The notes under the pieces were generated by a model that saw only the letters and a program-made list of their open reading frames with translations, searched no databases and had not been told where the DNA came from. The position numbers were made by a program, and so were the translations under genes. Source: Dehalococcoidia bacterium (GTDB lineage Bacteria > Chloroflexota > Dehalococcoidia > Lucifugimonadales > UBA3495). From it: a stretch of DNA of 52,636 bases. The stretch is from NCBI GenBank assembly GCA_030740155.1, contig JASLXV010000037.1, forward strand, positions 1-52,636, in the 5' to 3' direction. Positions 31,319 through 41,800 of the stretch are shown in pieces. Every line of letters begins with the position of its first letter. Within the stretch, counting starts at the first letter, position 1.

Positions 31319-31350
31319 GGGTAGCCCGGAGCAAAGACGCAGCAGGTACC

Positions 31351-32511
31351 TCAGATCTGGTATTCCGGCCTTTTGAGTAGCTGCCGGGCGATGACCAGCC
31401 GCATGATCTCGTTGGTGCCCTCTCCGATAACCATCAAGGGGGCATCCCGGTAGTAGCGCTCCACCGGGAAATCCTTGATATACCCGTAACCCCCGTGTAT
31501 CCGCATCGCCTCCATGGTCACTTCCTGGCAGGTCTCGCTGGCGAACAGCTTGGCCATGCCCGACTCCAAGTCGAGCCGCTCTCCCCGGTCCATCTTGGCG
31601 GCGGCGTCGTAGGTTAGCAGACGCGCCGCTTGGATCTTCGTGGCCATGTCCGCCAGCTTCAGCTGAATAGCCTGGTGCTGGGCGATGGGAACGCCGAAGC
31701 TCTGCCTCTGCTGCGCGTAGCGTATGGAAGCCTCGAAGGCCGCTTGGGCCACGCCCACGGCCCGGGCCGCGATGTTGATGCGCCCGGTCTCCAGCCCGCT
31801 CATCACGTAGCTGAAGCCCTGGCCTTCTTCTCCGACCAGGTTCTCCATGGGAACGCGGAAGTCCTCGAAGATCAGCTCGCTGGTGTCCAGGCCCCGGTAC
31901 CCCAGCTTTTCCAGGTCCCGGCCCACCCGGAACCCGTCTCCGCCCTTCTCGATGACGAAGCAGCTCAAGCCCCGGTGTTTCGATCCAGGAGGCCCGGTAC
32001 GGGCCAGCAAACAGAAGGTGTTTCCGGAACGGCCGTTGGTGATGAACATCTTTGTCCCGTTGATGACGTACTCTTCCCCGTCCTTGACGGCGGTGGTCTC
32101 GAGGTTGGCGACGTCGCTACCGCCACCCGGTTCGGTGAGGGCTAGGCCGCCCCGCCGGCGCCCGGTGGCCAGGTCGGGAAGGAACTGCTGTCTCTGCTCC
32201 TCGTTGCCGTAGTGGGTCAGCACATAAGTCAGGATGTGGTGGGTCCCGAGGGGTCCGGTCAGGGTCATGAACCCTTTGCTGATCTCTTCGAAGATCAAGG
32301 CGAAGGTGGTGTAGTCGAGGCCCAAGCCGCCGTACTTCTCGGGCACCGTGATGCCGAAGAGGCCCAGGTCCTTCATCTTGTCCACCAGTTCCAGTGAGTG
32401 CTCGTCCTCACGGTCCAGGCGGTCGGCCACCGGCATCACGTCGCGGCGGACAAAATCCCGGACCATGCTGACGATCTGGGCGCGGGCTTCTTCGGGTGTT
32501 GGTGTGGTCAC
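31351..32511 (-). CDS. Acyl-CoA dehydrogenase
   Basis: ALTEPGGGSD, INGTKMFITNG, HGGYGYIKDFPVERYYRDA...IGEGTNEI. Confidence 0.93.
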   Translation of the reverse strand: MTTPTPEEARAQIVSMVRDFVRRDVMPVADRLDREDEHSLELVDKMKDLGLFGITVPEKYGGLGLDYTTFALIFEEISKGFMTLTGPLGTHHILTYVLTHYGNEEQRQQFLPDLATGRRRGGLALTEPGGGSDVANLETTAVKDGEEYVINGTKMFITNGRSGNTFCLLARTGPPGSKHRGLSCFVIEKGGDGFRVGRDLEKLGYRGLDTSELIFEDFRVPMENLVGEEGQGFSYVMSGLETGRINIAARAVGVAQAAFEASIRYAQQRQSFGVPIAQHQAIQLKLADMATKIQAARLLTYDAAAKMDRGERLDLESGMAKLFASETCQEVTMEAMRIHGGYGYIKDFPVERYYRDAPLMVIGEGTNEIMRLVIARQLLKRPEYQI

Positions 32512-32734
32512 GAATTCTCCTTTGAGTTCAGGTATCCGATGCCGGTGCTGGGGCCATTTGACACGGATGTTAGCTGCGGCGGTGCGCCCATTCTAGCCAA
32601 TGCCGACGGGCTGACACCGATGTCTTCTCATGTTTGCCGCGGCCTGGGCTCCGGGGCGAACCCAGTCTATCCCGGCCTATCAGCCCAGTCAAGAATGGGG
32701 TATCTCCCAACGAAAGATGCGTTTGGCCCTGGTC

Positions 32735-35479
32735 CTACTCCACGGCCTCCAGGCGGACGGCGCAGACCTTGTACTCTGGAATCTTGGACTTGGGGTCGTA
32801 AACCGAGTTGGTCAAGAAGTTGGCCGCCGACTCCTCAAGCTTCACGAAGGGGATGAATATCTCCCCCTCCCGCATCCCGTCGGTGAGCAGAGCTTTGCCG
32901 GTGAGCTGGCCTCGGCGGGAGGTGACCCGGACCGGCTGGCCGTCGGACAGGCTGTATTTCCGGCCGTCCTCGGGGTTGATGGCCACCGGCAGCTCCGGAA
33001 CCCGGGCCATCAGCTTGGCCACCCGGCGGGTCATGGTGCCCCCGTGCCAGTGGTACAGGATGCGGCCCGTGTTGAGGATGATGGGGAACCGCTTGCTGGG
33101 CAGCTCCGCGGCGGGCTTTCCCTGGTCGAAGGCGACGAACTTGGCCTGAGGCCCTCTGGGGAACCCGTCGGCATACAGGTAGCGCGTGCCGGGGTGGTCC
33201 GGCGTGGGGCAGGGCCACTGGACTCCGCCCTCATCCTCCAGCCGGTCGTAGGATATTCCGCCGAGGAAGGGGATCAGCCGGGCCATCTCTTCGAAGATCT
33301 CTGAGGGATGCCCGAAAGTGAACTGGTCTTCCAGGGGTAGGCCCAGCTTGCGGCAGATGCGGCGGCCCAGGTCGCAAACGATTTCCCAGTCCGTGCGGCT
33401 CTGACCGACCGGTTGAATGGCCTTCCTGACCCGCTGGACGCGGCGCTCGCTGTTGGTGAAAGTGCCGTCCTTCTCGGCGAAGGAGGTGGCCGGCAGGACA
33501 ACATCGGCAATCTGGGCGGTCTCGTGCAGGAAGATGTCCTGGACCACCAGGAATTTCAGGCTCCGGAACGCCTTCTCGGCATGGTGCAGGTCCGGCTCGC
33601 TCAGGAGGGGGTTCTCTCCCATGATGTAGACGGCCTCGATGCGGCCCTCCGGCATCGCCTCCACCGCCTCGGTGAGCATCAGGCCGGGCTCTTGGGGCAG
33701 CGGGTGGCCGCCCCAGGCCGCCTGGAACCTGGCAACGCCGTCATCGTTGATCGCCTGGTAGCCGGGAAGGGTGTTGGGCAAACACCCCGCGTCGCCGCAG
33801 CCCTGAACGTTGTTCTGCCCCCGCAACGGAGAGACGCCGGAACCGGGCTTCCCGATCTGGCCGGAAACCAATGCCAGGTTAAGCAGGCCGTGGGCGTTGG
33901 CGGTGCCGGCGGTATGCTGGGTGATCCCCATGCCCCAGATGAGGCAGGAGCCGGGAATCCCCTCAAATCCTCCTTGACCAAGGGGGCAGTTGGCGGGGTT
34001 TGCATACATCCGTGCCGCCCGCCGGATGTCGTCGGCGGGCACACCGGTCACCTTTTCAACATGCTCCGGGGTGTACTTGTCGACAACCTCGGCCCACTCC
34101 TCGAAGCCCTCGGTGCGGTTGGCCACGAACTCCCGGTCCGCCAGGCCCTCGTCCAGGATGACCTTCGCCATCCCGTTGAGCAGGGCGACGTCGGTGCCGG
34201 GCCGCGGCCGCAGCCACAAGTCGGCGATGTCGCAGAGCTCGACGCGGCGCGGGTTGATGACGATCAGCTTGACTCCCCGCTCAGCCACGGCGCGCTGAAT
34301 TCTGGCCGCGACGACCGGGTGGTTCGAATTTGGGTCCGCGCCGACGACGACCAGGCAACCCGCTTCCTCGAAGTCGACGTAGGAGTTGCTGGTGGCGCCG
34401 CTGCCCAGGGCGGTCATCATGGCCAGGACCGATGGGGCGTGGCACAGCCGGGCGCAGTGGTCGACGTTGTTGGTCTGCATCAGCAACCGGGCGAACTTCT
34501 GCTGGATGTAGGCGTCCTCGTTGGTGGTCTTCGCGGAGCAGAACGACGCAAAGGAGTCGCCCTGGTACCGGACCAGGCCCTCCGCCGCGTAGTCCAGGGC
34601 CTCGTCCCACGACGCGGGCCGAAGCTCTCCGTTTTCCCTGATGAGGGGAGTGGTGAGCCGGTCCTCGTGGTTGACAAAGTCGTAGCCGTAGCGCCCTTTC
34701 ACGCAGAGCAGGCCCAGGCTGGACTGATTGTCGGGGTCTCCCCGGGAGGATACGACCTCGTTACCTCGAACTCCCAGGTAGATGCCGCAGCCGACGCCAC
34801 AATAGGAGCAGACGGTGCTGACCTCCTGGGTGGGTTGCCGGCGGTCCTTGGGAGCCAGGGCCCCCACCGGGCATCTGACCACGCACTCGCCGCAGGAGAC
34901 GCACCTGGAATCGATCAGCGGTTGGTTGGCGAAGACGCTGATTGTCGTGTCGTAACCCCGAAACGCGTAGTCGATGGCGTGGACCCCGACGATCTCGTCG
35001 CAGGTGCGGACGCAGATTCCGCAGAGGACGCACTTGCCCGGATCGAAGTCGAAAAAGGGATTGGAGGTGTCAACCGGCAGCGGCCCGGTCGGACGCCTCA
35101 TGCGGGCCATCCGCTCCGGGGTAATGCCGACGTAGGCGGCGACCTTCTGCAGGCCGCAGTTGTTGTTCGCGGCGCAGGTGAGGCACTCGCCGCGGTCGTT
35201 CGCAACCAACAACTCCACCGAGATGCGGCGGGTCCTCTCGGCTTCCGGACTCACCGTGTTGACCACCAGGCCCGGCTCGGCCTGGGCCAGGCAAGATGGG
35301 ACCAGTCCCCTGCCCTCGATCTCAACCATGCACAACCGGCAGGCGCCGACTGGTTTCAAGTCCGGATGGTGGCAGAGGCCGGGGATGTAGATGCCGTTCC
35401 GGAGCGCCGCGTCCATCACGGTCATGCCCTCCGGGGCCGAGACCTTCAGGCCGTCAATGGTGAGAATGGCCTCGCCCAT
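32735..35479 (-). CDS. fdhF: Formate dehydrogenase alpha subunit (Mo/W-bisPGD, Cys-type) with N-terminal Fe-S domains
   Basis: N-terminal 2Fe-2S and 2x4Fe-4S motifs, CSYCGVGC, NNVDHCARLCHAPS, PLRGQNNVQG, IPEYKVCAV. ATG35479 overlaps the upstream stop (TGATG). Confidence 0.92.
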   Translation of the reverse strand: MGEAILTIDGLKVSAPEGMTVMDAALRNGIYIPGLCHHPDLKPVGACRLCMVEIEGRGLVPSCLAQAEPGLVVNTVSPEAERTRRISVELLVANDRGECLTCAANNNCGLQKVAAYVGITPERMARMRRPTGPLPVDTSNPFFDFDPGKCVLCGICVRTCDEIVGVHAIDYAFRGYDTTISVFANQPLIDSRCVSCGECVVRCPVGALAPKDRRQPTQEVSTVCSYCGVGCGIYLGVRGNEVVSSRGDPDNQSSLGLLCVKGRYGYDFVNHEDRLTTPLIRENGELRPASWDEALDYAAEGLVRYQGDSFASFCSAKTTNEDAYIQQKFARLLMQTNNVDHCARLCHAPSVLAMMTALGSGATSNSYVDFEEAGCLVVVGADPNSNHPVVAARIQRAVAERGVKLIVINPRRVELCDIADLWLRPRPGTDVALLNGMAKVILDEGLADREFVANRTEGFEEWAEVVDKYTPEHVEKVTGVPADDIRRAARMYANPANCPLGQGGFEGIPGSCLIWGMGITQHTAGTANAHGLLNLALVSGQIGKPGSGVSPLRGQNNVQGCGDAGCLPNTLPGYQAINDDGVARFQAAWGGHPLPQEPGLMLTEAVEAMPEGRIEAVYIMGENPLLSEPDLHHAEKAFRSLKFLVVQDIFLHETAQIADVVLPATSFAEKDGTFTNSERRVQRVRKAIQPVGQSRTDWEIVCDLGRRICRKLGLPLEDQFTFGHPSEIFEEMARLIPFLGGISYDRLEDEGGVQWPCPTPDHPGTRYLYADGFPRGPQAKFVAFDQGKPAAELPSKRFPIILNTGRILYHWHGGTMTRRVAKLMARVPELPVAINPEDGRKYSLSDGQPVRVTSRRGQLTGKALLTDGMREGEIFIPFVKLEESAANFLTNSVYDPKSKIPEYKVCAVRLEAVE

Positions 35480-37320
35480 CAATTCTCGCCTCCATCATTG
35501 AGCGGCGCCCCAACCAGTTGACCGGAGAGAATCTCCACGGCGTTGACCTTCGGCGGGCATACGTCGAAACAGCTCCCGCACTTGGTGCACTTGGACTGGT
35601 CGATAACGTGCAGCTTCTTGAACTCGCCCACGATCGCCTCGGAAGAGCAAGCCTTGAAGCACAGCAGGCAGCCGACACACGAGTCCGTGATGTTGTAGGA
35701 GATGAGTTCCGTGCACACCTTGGCCGGGCAGCGTTTCTCGTTGACGTGGGCCTCGTATTCGTCCCGGAAGTACCGGATGGTCGTGAGCACCGGGTTCGGC
35801 GCCGTCTGTCCGAGCCCGCACAGGGAGCCGGATTTCACCCCGGCGCCCATCTCCAGAAGCAGATCGATGTCCTCGGGGGTGCCCCTGCCCTGGGTTATGT
35901 CTTCCAGGATGGCCAGCATCTGCTTGGTGCCGAGCCGGCAGGGCACGCACTTGCCGCAGGATTCCTTCTGGGTGAAGTCCAGGAAATAGCGAGCGACGTC
36001 GACCATGCAGGTGTCTTCGTCCATGACCACCATGCCGCCGGAGCCCATGATGGTGCCGGCCGCGGTGAGGGAGTCGTAGTCCACCGGAATATCTATCATG
36101 CTGGCCGGAACACAGCCCCCAGAAGGGCCGCCGGTCTGGACGGCTTTCAGCTGCTTGTCGTCGAGTATCCCTCCCCCGATGTCGTAGACTATCTCGCGCA
36201 TCGTGATGCCCAGGGGCACCTCGACCAGGCCCGAGAGCTTTATCTTGCCGACCAGGGCGAAGGTCTTGGTGCCCTTGCTGTTTTCGGTGCCGTACTGAGC
36301 AAACTGGCCGGCGCCGTTTTGGAGGATCAACGCCACGGACGCCAGGGTCTCCACGTTGTTGACCACCGTCGGTTTCCCCATCAGGCCCGACACGGCGGGG
36401 AAGGGTGGGCGGGGGCGGGGCATTCCGCGCTCGCCCTCAATGGAAAGGATCAGCCCGGTCTCCTCGCCGCAGACGAAGGCCCCCGCGCCTTGGCTTACCC
36501 GGATACGGAAGCCGAATCCCGAGCCCAGAATGTCGTCGCCGAGCAGCCCGCGCTCCTCGGCCTGGTCCATGGCTATCCGCAGTCTCTCCAGGGCCAACGG
36601 GTACTCGGCGCGGCAGTAGATGTAGCCTTCATGAGCGCCGATGGCATACCCGGCAATGAGCATCCCTTCCAGGAGTGAATGGGGGTCGCCCTCCAGGAGC
36701 GACCGGTTCATGAAGGCCCCGGGATCGCCCTCGTCGGCGTTACATATCAGGAACTTCCGGTCGGCCTTGGCGTCCCGGCAGAACTGCCACTTGCGCGAGG
36801 TGGAGAAACCGGCGCCGCCCCTTCCCCTCAGGCCCGACCTCTTGATCTCCTCGACTATCCCCTCGGGGCCAAGTTCGAGGGCCCTCTTGAAACCGTTGTA
36901 GCCGTTGCTGGCCAGGTAGTCGTCGATACTTGTGGGGTCGATACGGCCGCAGTTACGTAGGACGAGCCGCGTCTGCTTGGCGTAGAACGGGATATCCCCG
37001 TAATGGGGAACCGGCGCCCCGTTCACCAGGTCCCGGTAGAGAAGGCCCTCCACAAACGTCCCGTTTTCCAGATGCTCTTTGACAATTCTCGAAGCATCGC
37101 CGCTCTTGGCGTGGGTGTAGAGGACGCCCTCGGGTTCCATGGCGATGAGGGGGCCTTGCTCGCAGAAACCGTGGCAACCGCTGAGCTTCACGTCCACCCA
37201 GTCCTTCAGGTCCGACCCATCGATGCGACCCTGAAGGGCCTTCTGGACCTCCGGCGACCGGGCGGAAACACATCCCGTTCCTTGACAGACCAGGACGGTC
37301 CGGCGTTGGGTTGTTGCCAT
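35479..37320 (-). CDS. NuoF/HydB-like flavoprotein subunit of the FDH complex
   Basis: N-terminal CQGTGC...GCHGFCEQGP, SGLRGRGGAGF, NADEGDPGAF, GAGAFVCGEE, ESCGKCVPCR, C-terminal 2x CxxCxxCxxxC. Confidence 0.92.
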   Translation of the reverse strand: MATTQRRTVLVCQGTGCVSARSPEVQKALQGRIDGSDLKDWVDVKLSGCHGFCEQGPLIAMEPEGVLYTHAKSGDASRIVKEHLENGTFVEGLLYRDLVNGAPVPHYGDIPFYAKQTRLVLRNCGRIDPTSIDDYLASNGYNGFKRALELGPEGIVEEIKRSGLRGRGGAGFSTSRKWQFCRDAKADRKFLICNADEGDPGAFMNRSLLEGDPHSLLEGMLIAGYAIGAHEGYIYCRAEYPLALERLRIAMDQAEERGLLGDDILGSGFGFRIRVSQGAGAFVCGEETGLILSIEGERGMPRPRPPFPAVSGLMGKPTVVNNVETLASVALILQNGAGQFAQYGTENSKGTKTFALVGKIKLSGLVEVPLGITMREIVYDIGGGILDDKQLKAVQTGGPSGGCVPASMIDIPVDYDSLTAAGTIMGSGGMVVMDEDTCMVDVARYFLDFTQKESCGKCVPCRLGTKQMLAILEDITQGRGTPEDIDLLLEMGAGVKSGSLCGLGQTAPNPVLTTIRYFRDEYEAHVNEKRCPAKVCTELISYNITDSCVGCLLCFKACSSEAIVGEFKKLHVIDQSKCTKCGSCFDVCPPKVNAVEILSGQLVGAPLNDGGEN

Positions 37321-37321
37321 A

Positions 37322-37768
37322 TCAGAGTCCCTTCAGCATTTTGGCCACTTCTTTGCCCTGCAGCTTCCCGTGCACTTCCGCTCCCACCTTGACCACCGGG
37401 GCCAGACAGCAAGCCCCGATGCAGGCCACGGTCTCCAGCGTGAATTCCCGGTCCGGAGTGGTCTCGCCCACCGTGATGCCCAGCTGGTTCTCCATCTCAT
37501 GGAGCACCTTCGGCGCGCCCCTGACGTGACAGGCGGTGCCCCGGCAGACCATGATGATGTTCCGCCCCACTGGCGCGAACCGGAACTGGCCATAGAAAGA
37601 CGCCACGCCGTATACCCGGCCCTCCGGCACCCGGGTGAACTTGGCGACTTCAAGGAGGGTTTCCCGGGGAAGGTAGCCGTACTCCGCCTGAACCTCCTGG
37701 AGGATCGGGATCAGCTCAGCCTTCCTGCTTTCATGGGACGACAGAATCGCCCTCAGGGATTCTTCCAT
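37322..37768 (-). CDS. NuoE/HydC-like 2Fe-2S subunit of the FDH complex
   Basis: LIPILQEVQAEYGYLP, VCRGTACHVRG, ACIGACCLAP. Confidence 0.92.
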   Translation of the reverse strand: MEESLRAILSSHESRKAELIPILQEVQAEYGYLPRETLLEVAKFTRVPEGRVYGVASFYGQFRFAPVGRNIIMVCRGTACHVRGAPKVLHEMENQLGITVGETTPDREFTLETVACIGACCLAPVVKVGAEVHGKLQGKEVAKMLKGL

Positions 37769-37856
37769 GTCATGCGCTCCATGTTGGTGGGGTATCCTGG
37801 GGTTGCGGAGGGTCTGGTTGGGGCCGTCGGATAACTGTCTGCCGCCGCCACAACCC

Positions 37857-38474
37857 CTATTCCTCCAACTCTCTGGCCCGGGCCAGGTCTTGGGGGGTGT
37901 TGACGTTGAAAAAGCTCAGGAAGTACGGGTCTAAAGCTGCGACCTCTTTTTCGGGAAGGTAGGTGACCCGCACTTTTTCAAAGAACCTGGTGATTTTCCG
38001 GTCGTCGGCCAGGAGCCGTTCTTCCATGAATGGGAGACAGGTCTTGGAGTAGATCGCGTGGGTCGGCTCGGGCCACCCTCTCAACATTGGGACAACGGCG
38101 TCGGCCCCTTGCCGAAGGCAAAGCATGCGCCGCAGAAGGGCTAGGTTGAGAAACGGCATGTCGCAGGCGACGGCGATGCCCCATTGGTGCCGGGCCGCGG
38201 TCAGGCCGGTGAATATGCCCCCCAAAGCACCCCCGCCAGGGTATCGGTCCAAGGCGACCCGGTGCCCTTCTTCCAGGTGTAACGCGTCGGCCTGGGACTG
38301 TTCCGCCACCACCACCACAATTTCCTCGGTTACCTGGGAGATCCGGTCGATGACCCGGTGCGCCAGCGGCCGACCACCGATGTTCTCCAGCGCCTTAACA
38401 CGGCCCAAGCGCTGGCTCCGGCCCCCAGCAAGGACAATACCGGAAGCGTGAAAACTGCCGGGGTTTTTCTGCAT
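37857..38474 (-). CDS. mobA: Molybdenum cofactor guanylyltransferase
   Basis: IVLAGGRSQRLGRVKA, GALGGIFTGL, VACDMPFL, FFNVNTPQD; ATG38474 preferred. Confidence 0.88.
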   Translation of the reverse strand: MQKNPGSFHASGIVLAGGRSQRLGRVKALENIGGRPLAHRVIDRISQVTEEIVVVVAEQSQADALHLEEGHRVALDRYPGGGALGGIFTGLTAARHQWGIAVACDMPFLNLALLRRMLCLRQGADAVVPMLRGWPEPTHAIYSKTCLPFMEERLLADDRKITRFFEKVRVTYLPEKEVAALDPYFLSFFNVNTPQDLARARELEE

Positions 38475-38579
38475 TGTTTCGTCGCCGAAAGGGTTTTCGC
38501 GGCTGGGTTGAAAAAAGTATATCACAGCCATCCGTCACCCCCAAACCGGTTTGGAGGTCAGGCGCGGCCGCCCCCCAGC

Positions 38580-38613
38580 CCTTACCCTCGTTCCCTCTCC
38601 CACAGGAGAGGGA
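38580..38613. repeat. CCCTCTCCC...GGAGAGGG palindromic repeat
   Basis: CCTTACCCTCGTTCCCTCTCCCACAGGAGAGGGA with stem TCCCTCTCC/GGAGAGGGA. Confidence 0.6.
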
Positions 38614-38803
38614 TGCCCTGGCGCAGCCTGGGCCGGGAGGCCTGCGTCACTTTGGTGATCGACCACGCCTTGCAGCCCCTGCTTTAGCCTGGCCGAAAAC
38701 CGGCCGCTGTGGTACCGTTATTCTTGGCGCGCTTCGAGCGTGGGCAGAGAGGCGAACACGGGACCGGGCCTCCGGTCCAAGGGGAGGTCGTCTCAAGAGA
38801 CAA

Positions 38804-41800
38804 ATGGCGCAGAATCACCAATCCTCTCTACAGACCCTGGGAGACGCCGCCCGAGACTTGGCCGGCACCCTGAAGCTGCCCGCCCCGAGGGGCCAGGCGG
38901 AGCGCGAAGCCCTGTGCCTCGCCGCCCGGCGCGCCATTGAAGCGCCCCGTGAAGCGCCGGGCCTGGGAGAGGTGCAGCTCGCCTCCGACCAGTGGGAGAC
39001 CCAACGGGAAGGGTTGAGAAATTTATTGGCCGCCGGGTCCGGACTGTCCCTCCTTCATGACCGGCTCGGCCCGGTGCTCACCCCCGAAGCCTGGGACCGG
39101 GACCTGCTTCAGATCAGCCAAACCTTGGCCGTAAAGTCGGGGCAACGGCTGCGCTGGATATCTCCCGAATACTGGCGGGCCCGGCGGGCGGCGGCGAGTC
39201 TCGCCCGGGGCCGGTTCGCGTGGGTCGGCGGTACCCGCAACGATCTGGTCGACGCGGTACTGGAAGCCCAGCGGCATCAAGCCGTGATACGGCAGCATGA
39301 GGCTCTGGGACAACGGCTGTTCGGCTCCCGGTGGCAGGGCAAAGGGTCCGACTGGGAAGGACTCTCCCGGCTCACCGAGTGGGTTCAGGAGCTTTACCAG
39401 GACATCGGCGCTGGTAAAGTACCCAAGGGGATCCTGGATTTCTTGGCGGATAACCCCCCGGTAAGCCACCTGGACCCGCTGGTCCGGGCCGTGGAGGATG
39501 CCGACCGGACCCATGCTGGAACCGCCAGCGTCATCCGCGCCAGGCTGGAGGCCTCACGCCGAGAGCTGCTGGACCTGGGCCTGCGAAACCCGTTGCTGAA
39601 CTACCGGCTGCTGCGCACGCGGGGGTTGGAAACAGTGGACGAGTTGCCGTCCCAAGCGTACCGAGTCCTGGTGGAGGAAGGAAGGTCCGTGTCCTTTCTC
39701 CCGGTCGCCGAGGAAACGCCAGGCGAGAAACTCGGCCAGCCCGCCGAGGACGAGACCCCGGACCAGCCGGCGGCGCGGCGCACCGACACCCGATTACAGA
39801 CTGAACTGCCTTCCACGGAGCTTCAGGCCCGCCTCCTTTCCACCTACCACCTGGCCAACAGCTTCATCCAGGAACAAGGCGTCAACACGTTGTTCCTGGC
39901 CCTGGGCATGCTCACCTGGTACGAATCAGATGGCAGCCAGGAAGGCCGGCGCGCTCCCCTGGTGCTGGTCCCGGTGGCCCTCGACCGCTCCAGCGCGCGC
40001 CACCGCTTTCAGTTGCGCCACACCGGCGAGGACTCCGGCGAGAACCTGTCCCTGTTGGAGAAGGCCCGGACCGAGTTCGGGGTTACCCTGCCCGGCTTGC
40101 CGGACGCGGAAGACCTGAACATCGAGGGCTACTTCGACGCGGTTTCCGAATCCATGGTGGACCTGCCCAGATGGTCGTTGGACCGCAAGAGCGTGGTTCT
40201 GGGCTTCTTCTCCTTCAGCAAATTCTTGATGTACCGGGACCTGAACGTCGACAACTGGCCGGAGGGCGTCAAGCCCACCGAGCACCCAATCATGGGCGCT
40301 CTGCTGCACGACGGATTCGACGAGCCCCCGCCCGCCTTCAGCAGCGACGACAACCTGGACCAGTACCTTTCCCCCAGCGAAGTCCATCACGTGGTGGACG
40401 CCGACGGCTCCCAGACCCTGGCAATCTTCGATGTAACCAACGGCCGCAACCTGGTGGTCCAGGGCCCGCCGGGAACGGGAAAGTCCCAGACCATCACCAA
40501 TATGATCGCCGAAGCCATCGGACAGGGCCGGACCGCGCTCTTCGTCTCGGAGAAGATGGCGGCCTTGGAGGTGGTCAAGCGCCGGCTGGACAACGTGGGT
40601 CTGGGGGGCGCTTGTTTGGAGCTTCACAGCAACAAGACCGCGAAGAAAGCCGTCCTGGACGAACTCAAGAGGACGCTGGACCTGGGCCGGCCCAAGCTAG
40701 GGCATATAGAGCGAGACCTCGACGCCCTGGGACAGCTAAGGCAACGCCTGAACGACTATTGCGACGCCGTAAACGCGCCCCTGGCAGAGAGCGGGGTCAG
40801 CCCCTACCGGGCTTACGGGGAGCTGCTCTTGCTTCGGCTGGCCAACCAGGACACGCCCCTGCCCAAGCTGGACCTTCCGGCCATGCAATCGTGGACCGAC
40901 CTGGATTTCAGGCGTAAAGAAGGCATCGCCGATGAGCTGCAGGCCAGGCTTGCCGCGATGGGGGTCCCCCAGAACCACCCATTCTGGGGGAGCCGTCTCA
41001 AGGTGCTGCTACCGACCGAGCAGGACCGTCTTCGGGAGCTGCTCCCGGAGGCGCAACAGTCCCTGGCCGGGCTCCGGGACGCCATTGCCGCCCTGGCCGA
41101 CGCCATGGGCCTGTCCGAGGCGGCCGGCCCGGCGGAAGCCCAGGCTTATTGCCTCGCCGCCCGGAAGACCATGGCCGCGCCGGACCTGCGGGGGGCCGAC
41201 CTCCGGTCCGAAGAGTGGCTAACCAGGCGGGGAGAATTGGAAGACCTGCTAGCGGCCGGTTCGGCGCTGGCCGGGCTGCACCAGGAATATGACGGGGTCC
41301 TCATCGCCGGCGCGTGGGGCCAGGACTTGCTCGACGTCCGGCAGACGCTGGAGATCAAGGGGCGCCAGCTGTTGTCCTTCGTTTCCGGGGACTACCGGAG
41401 GGCCAGAAACAGGCTCAGGGGCCTCTGCCGGGCCAAACTACCCCAAGGCATCGATGCCCAAGTGCGGATGGCCGACGCGGTGCTGGAAGCCCAGCGGCTG
41501 CTGGCTGTGCTACACCGGCACGAGTCCCTGGGCGAGAGGCTTTTCGCGCCCCGCTGGCGGGGCGAGGACTCGGACTGGCCGGGCCTGACTGTCCTGGCCG
41601 GCTGGCTCCAGGACCTGTACGACGCCATCGACTTCGGCGAGGTCCCAGAGGAAATAATCGATTTCTTGGCCGAGAACCCTTCGGCGATTGACTTGAAATT
41701 GTACCTCACGCCGGTCGATAGCGCCGGGCACCTCCACGCCCGGAACTGCGGCCGCATCATTGAAGTCCTGGATATGGACGTGGCCCGGCGTTTCGGGTCC

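Noticed and set aside
34435..34475. Possible selenocysteine in formate dehydrogenase
   Set aside because: The active-site motif reads CARLCH with a Cys codon and there is no in-frame TGA.
33413..36678. 702-aa and 386-aa plus-strand ORFs
   Set aside because: Antisense shadows of the FDH alpha and NuoF-like genes.
35479..37768. Respiratory complex I nuoEF assignment
   Set aside because: No other nuo genes are present; the genes are coupled to the FDH alpha subunit and carry HydB-type extra domains.
38474..38803. 110-aa N-terminal extension of the helicase ORF
   Set aside because: TTG start abutting the divergent mobA start; low-complexity Arg/Pro/Gly sequence crossing a palindromic repeat. 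ATG38804 is more plausible.
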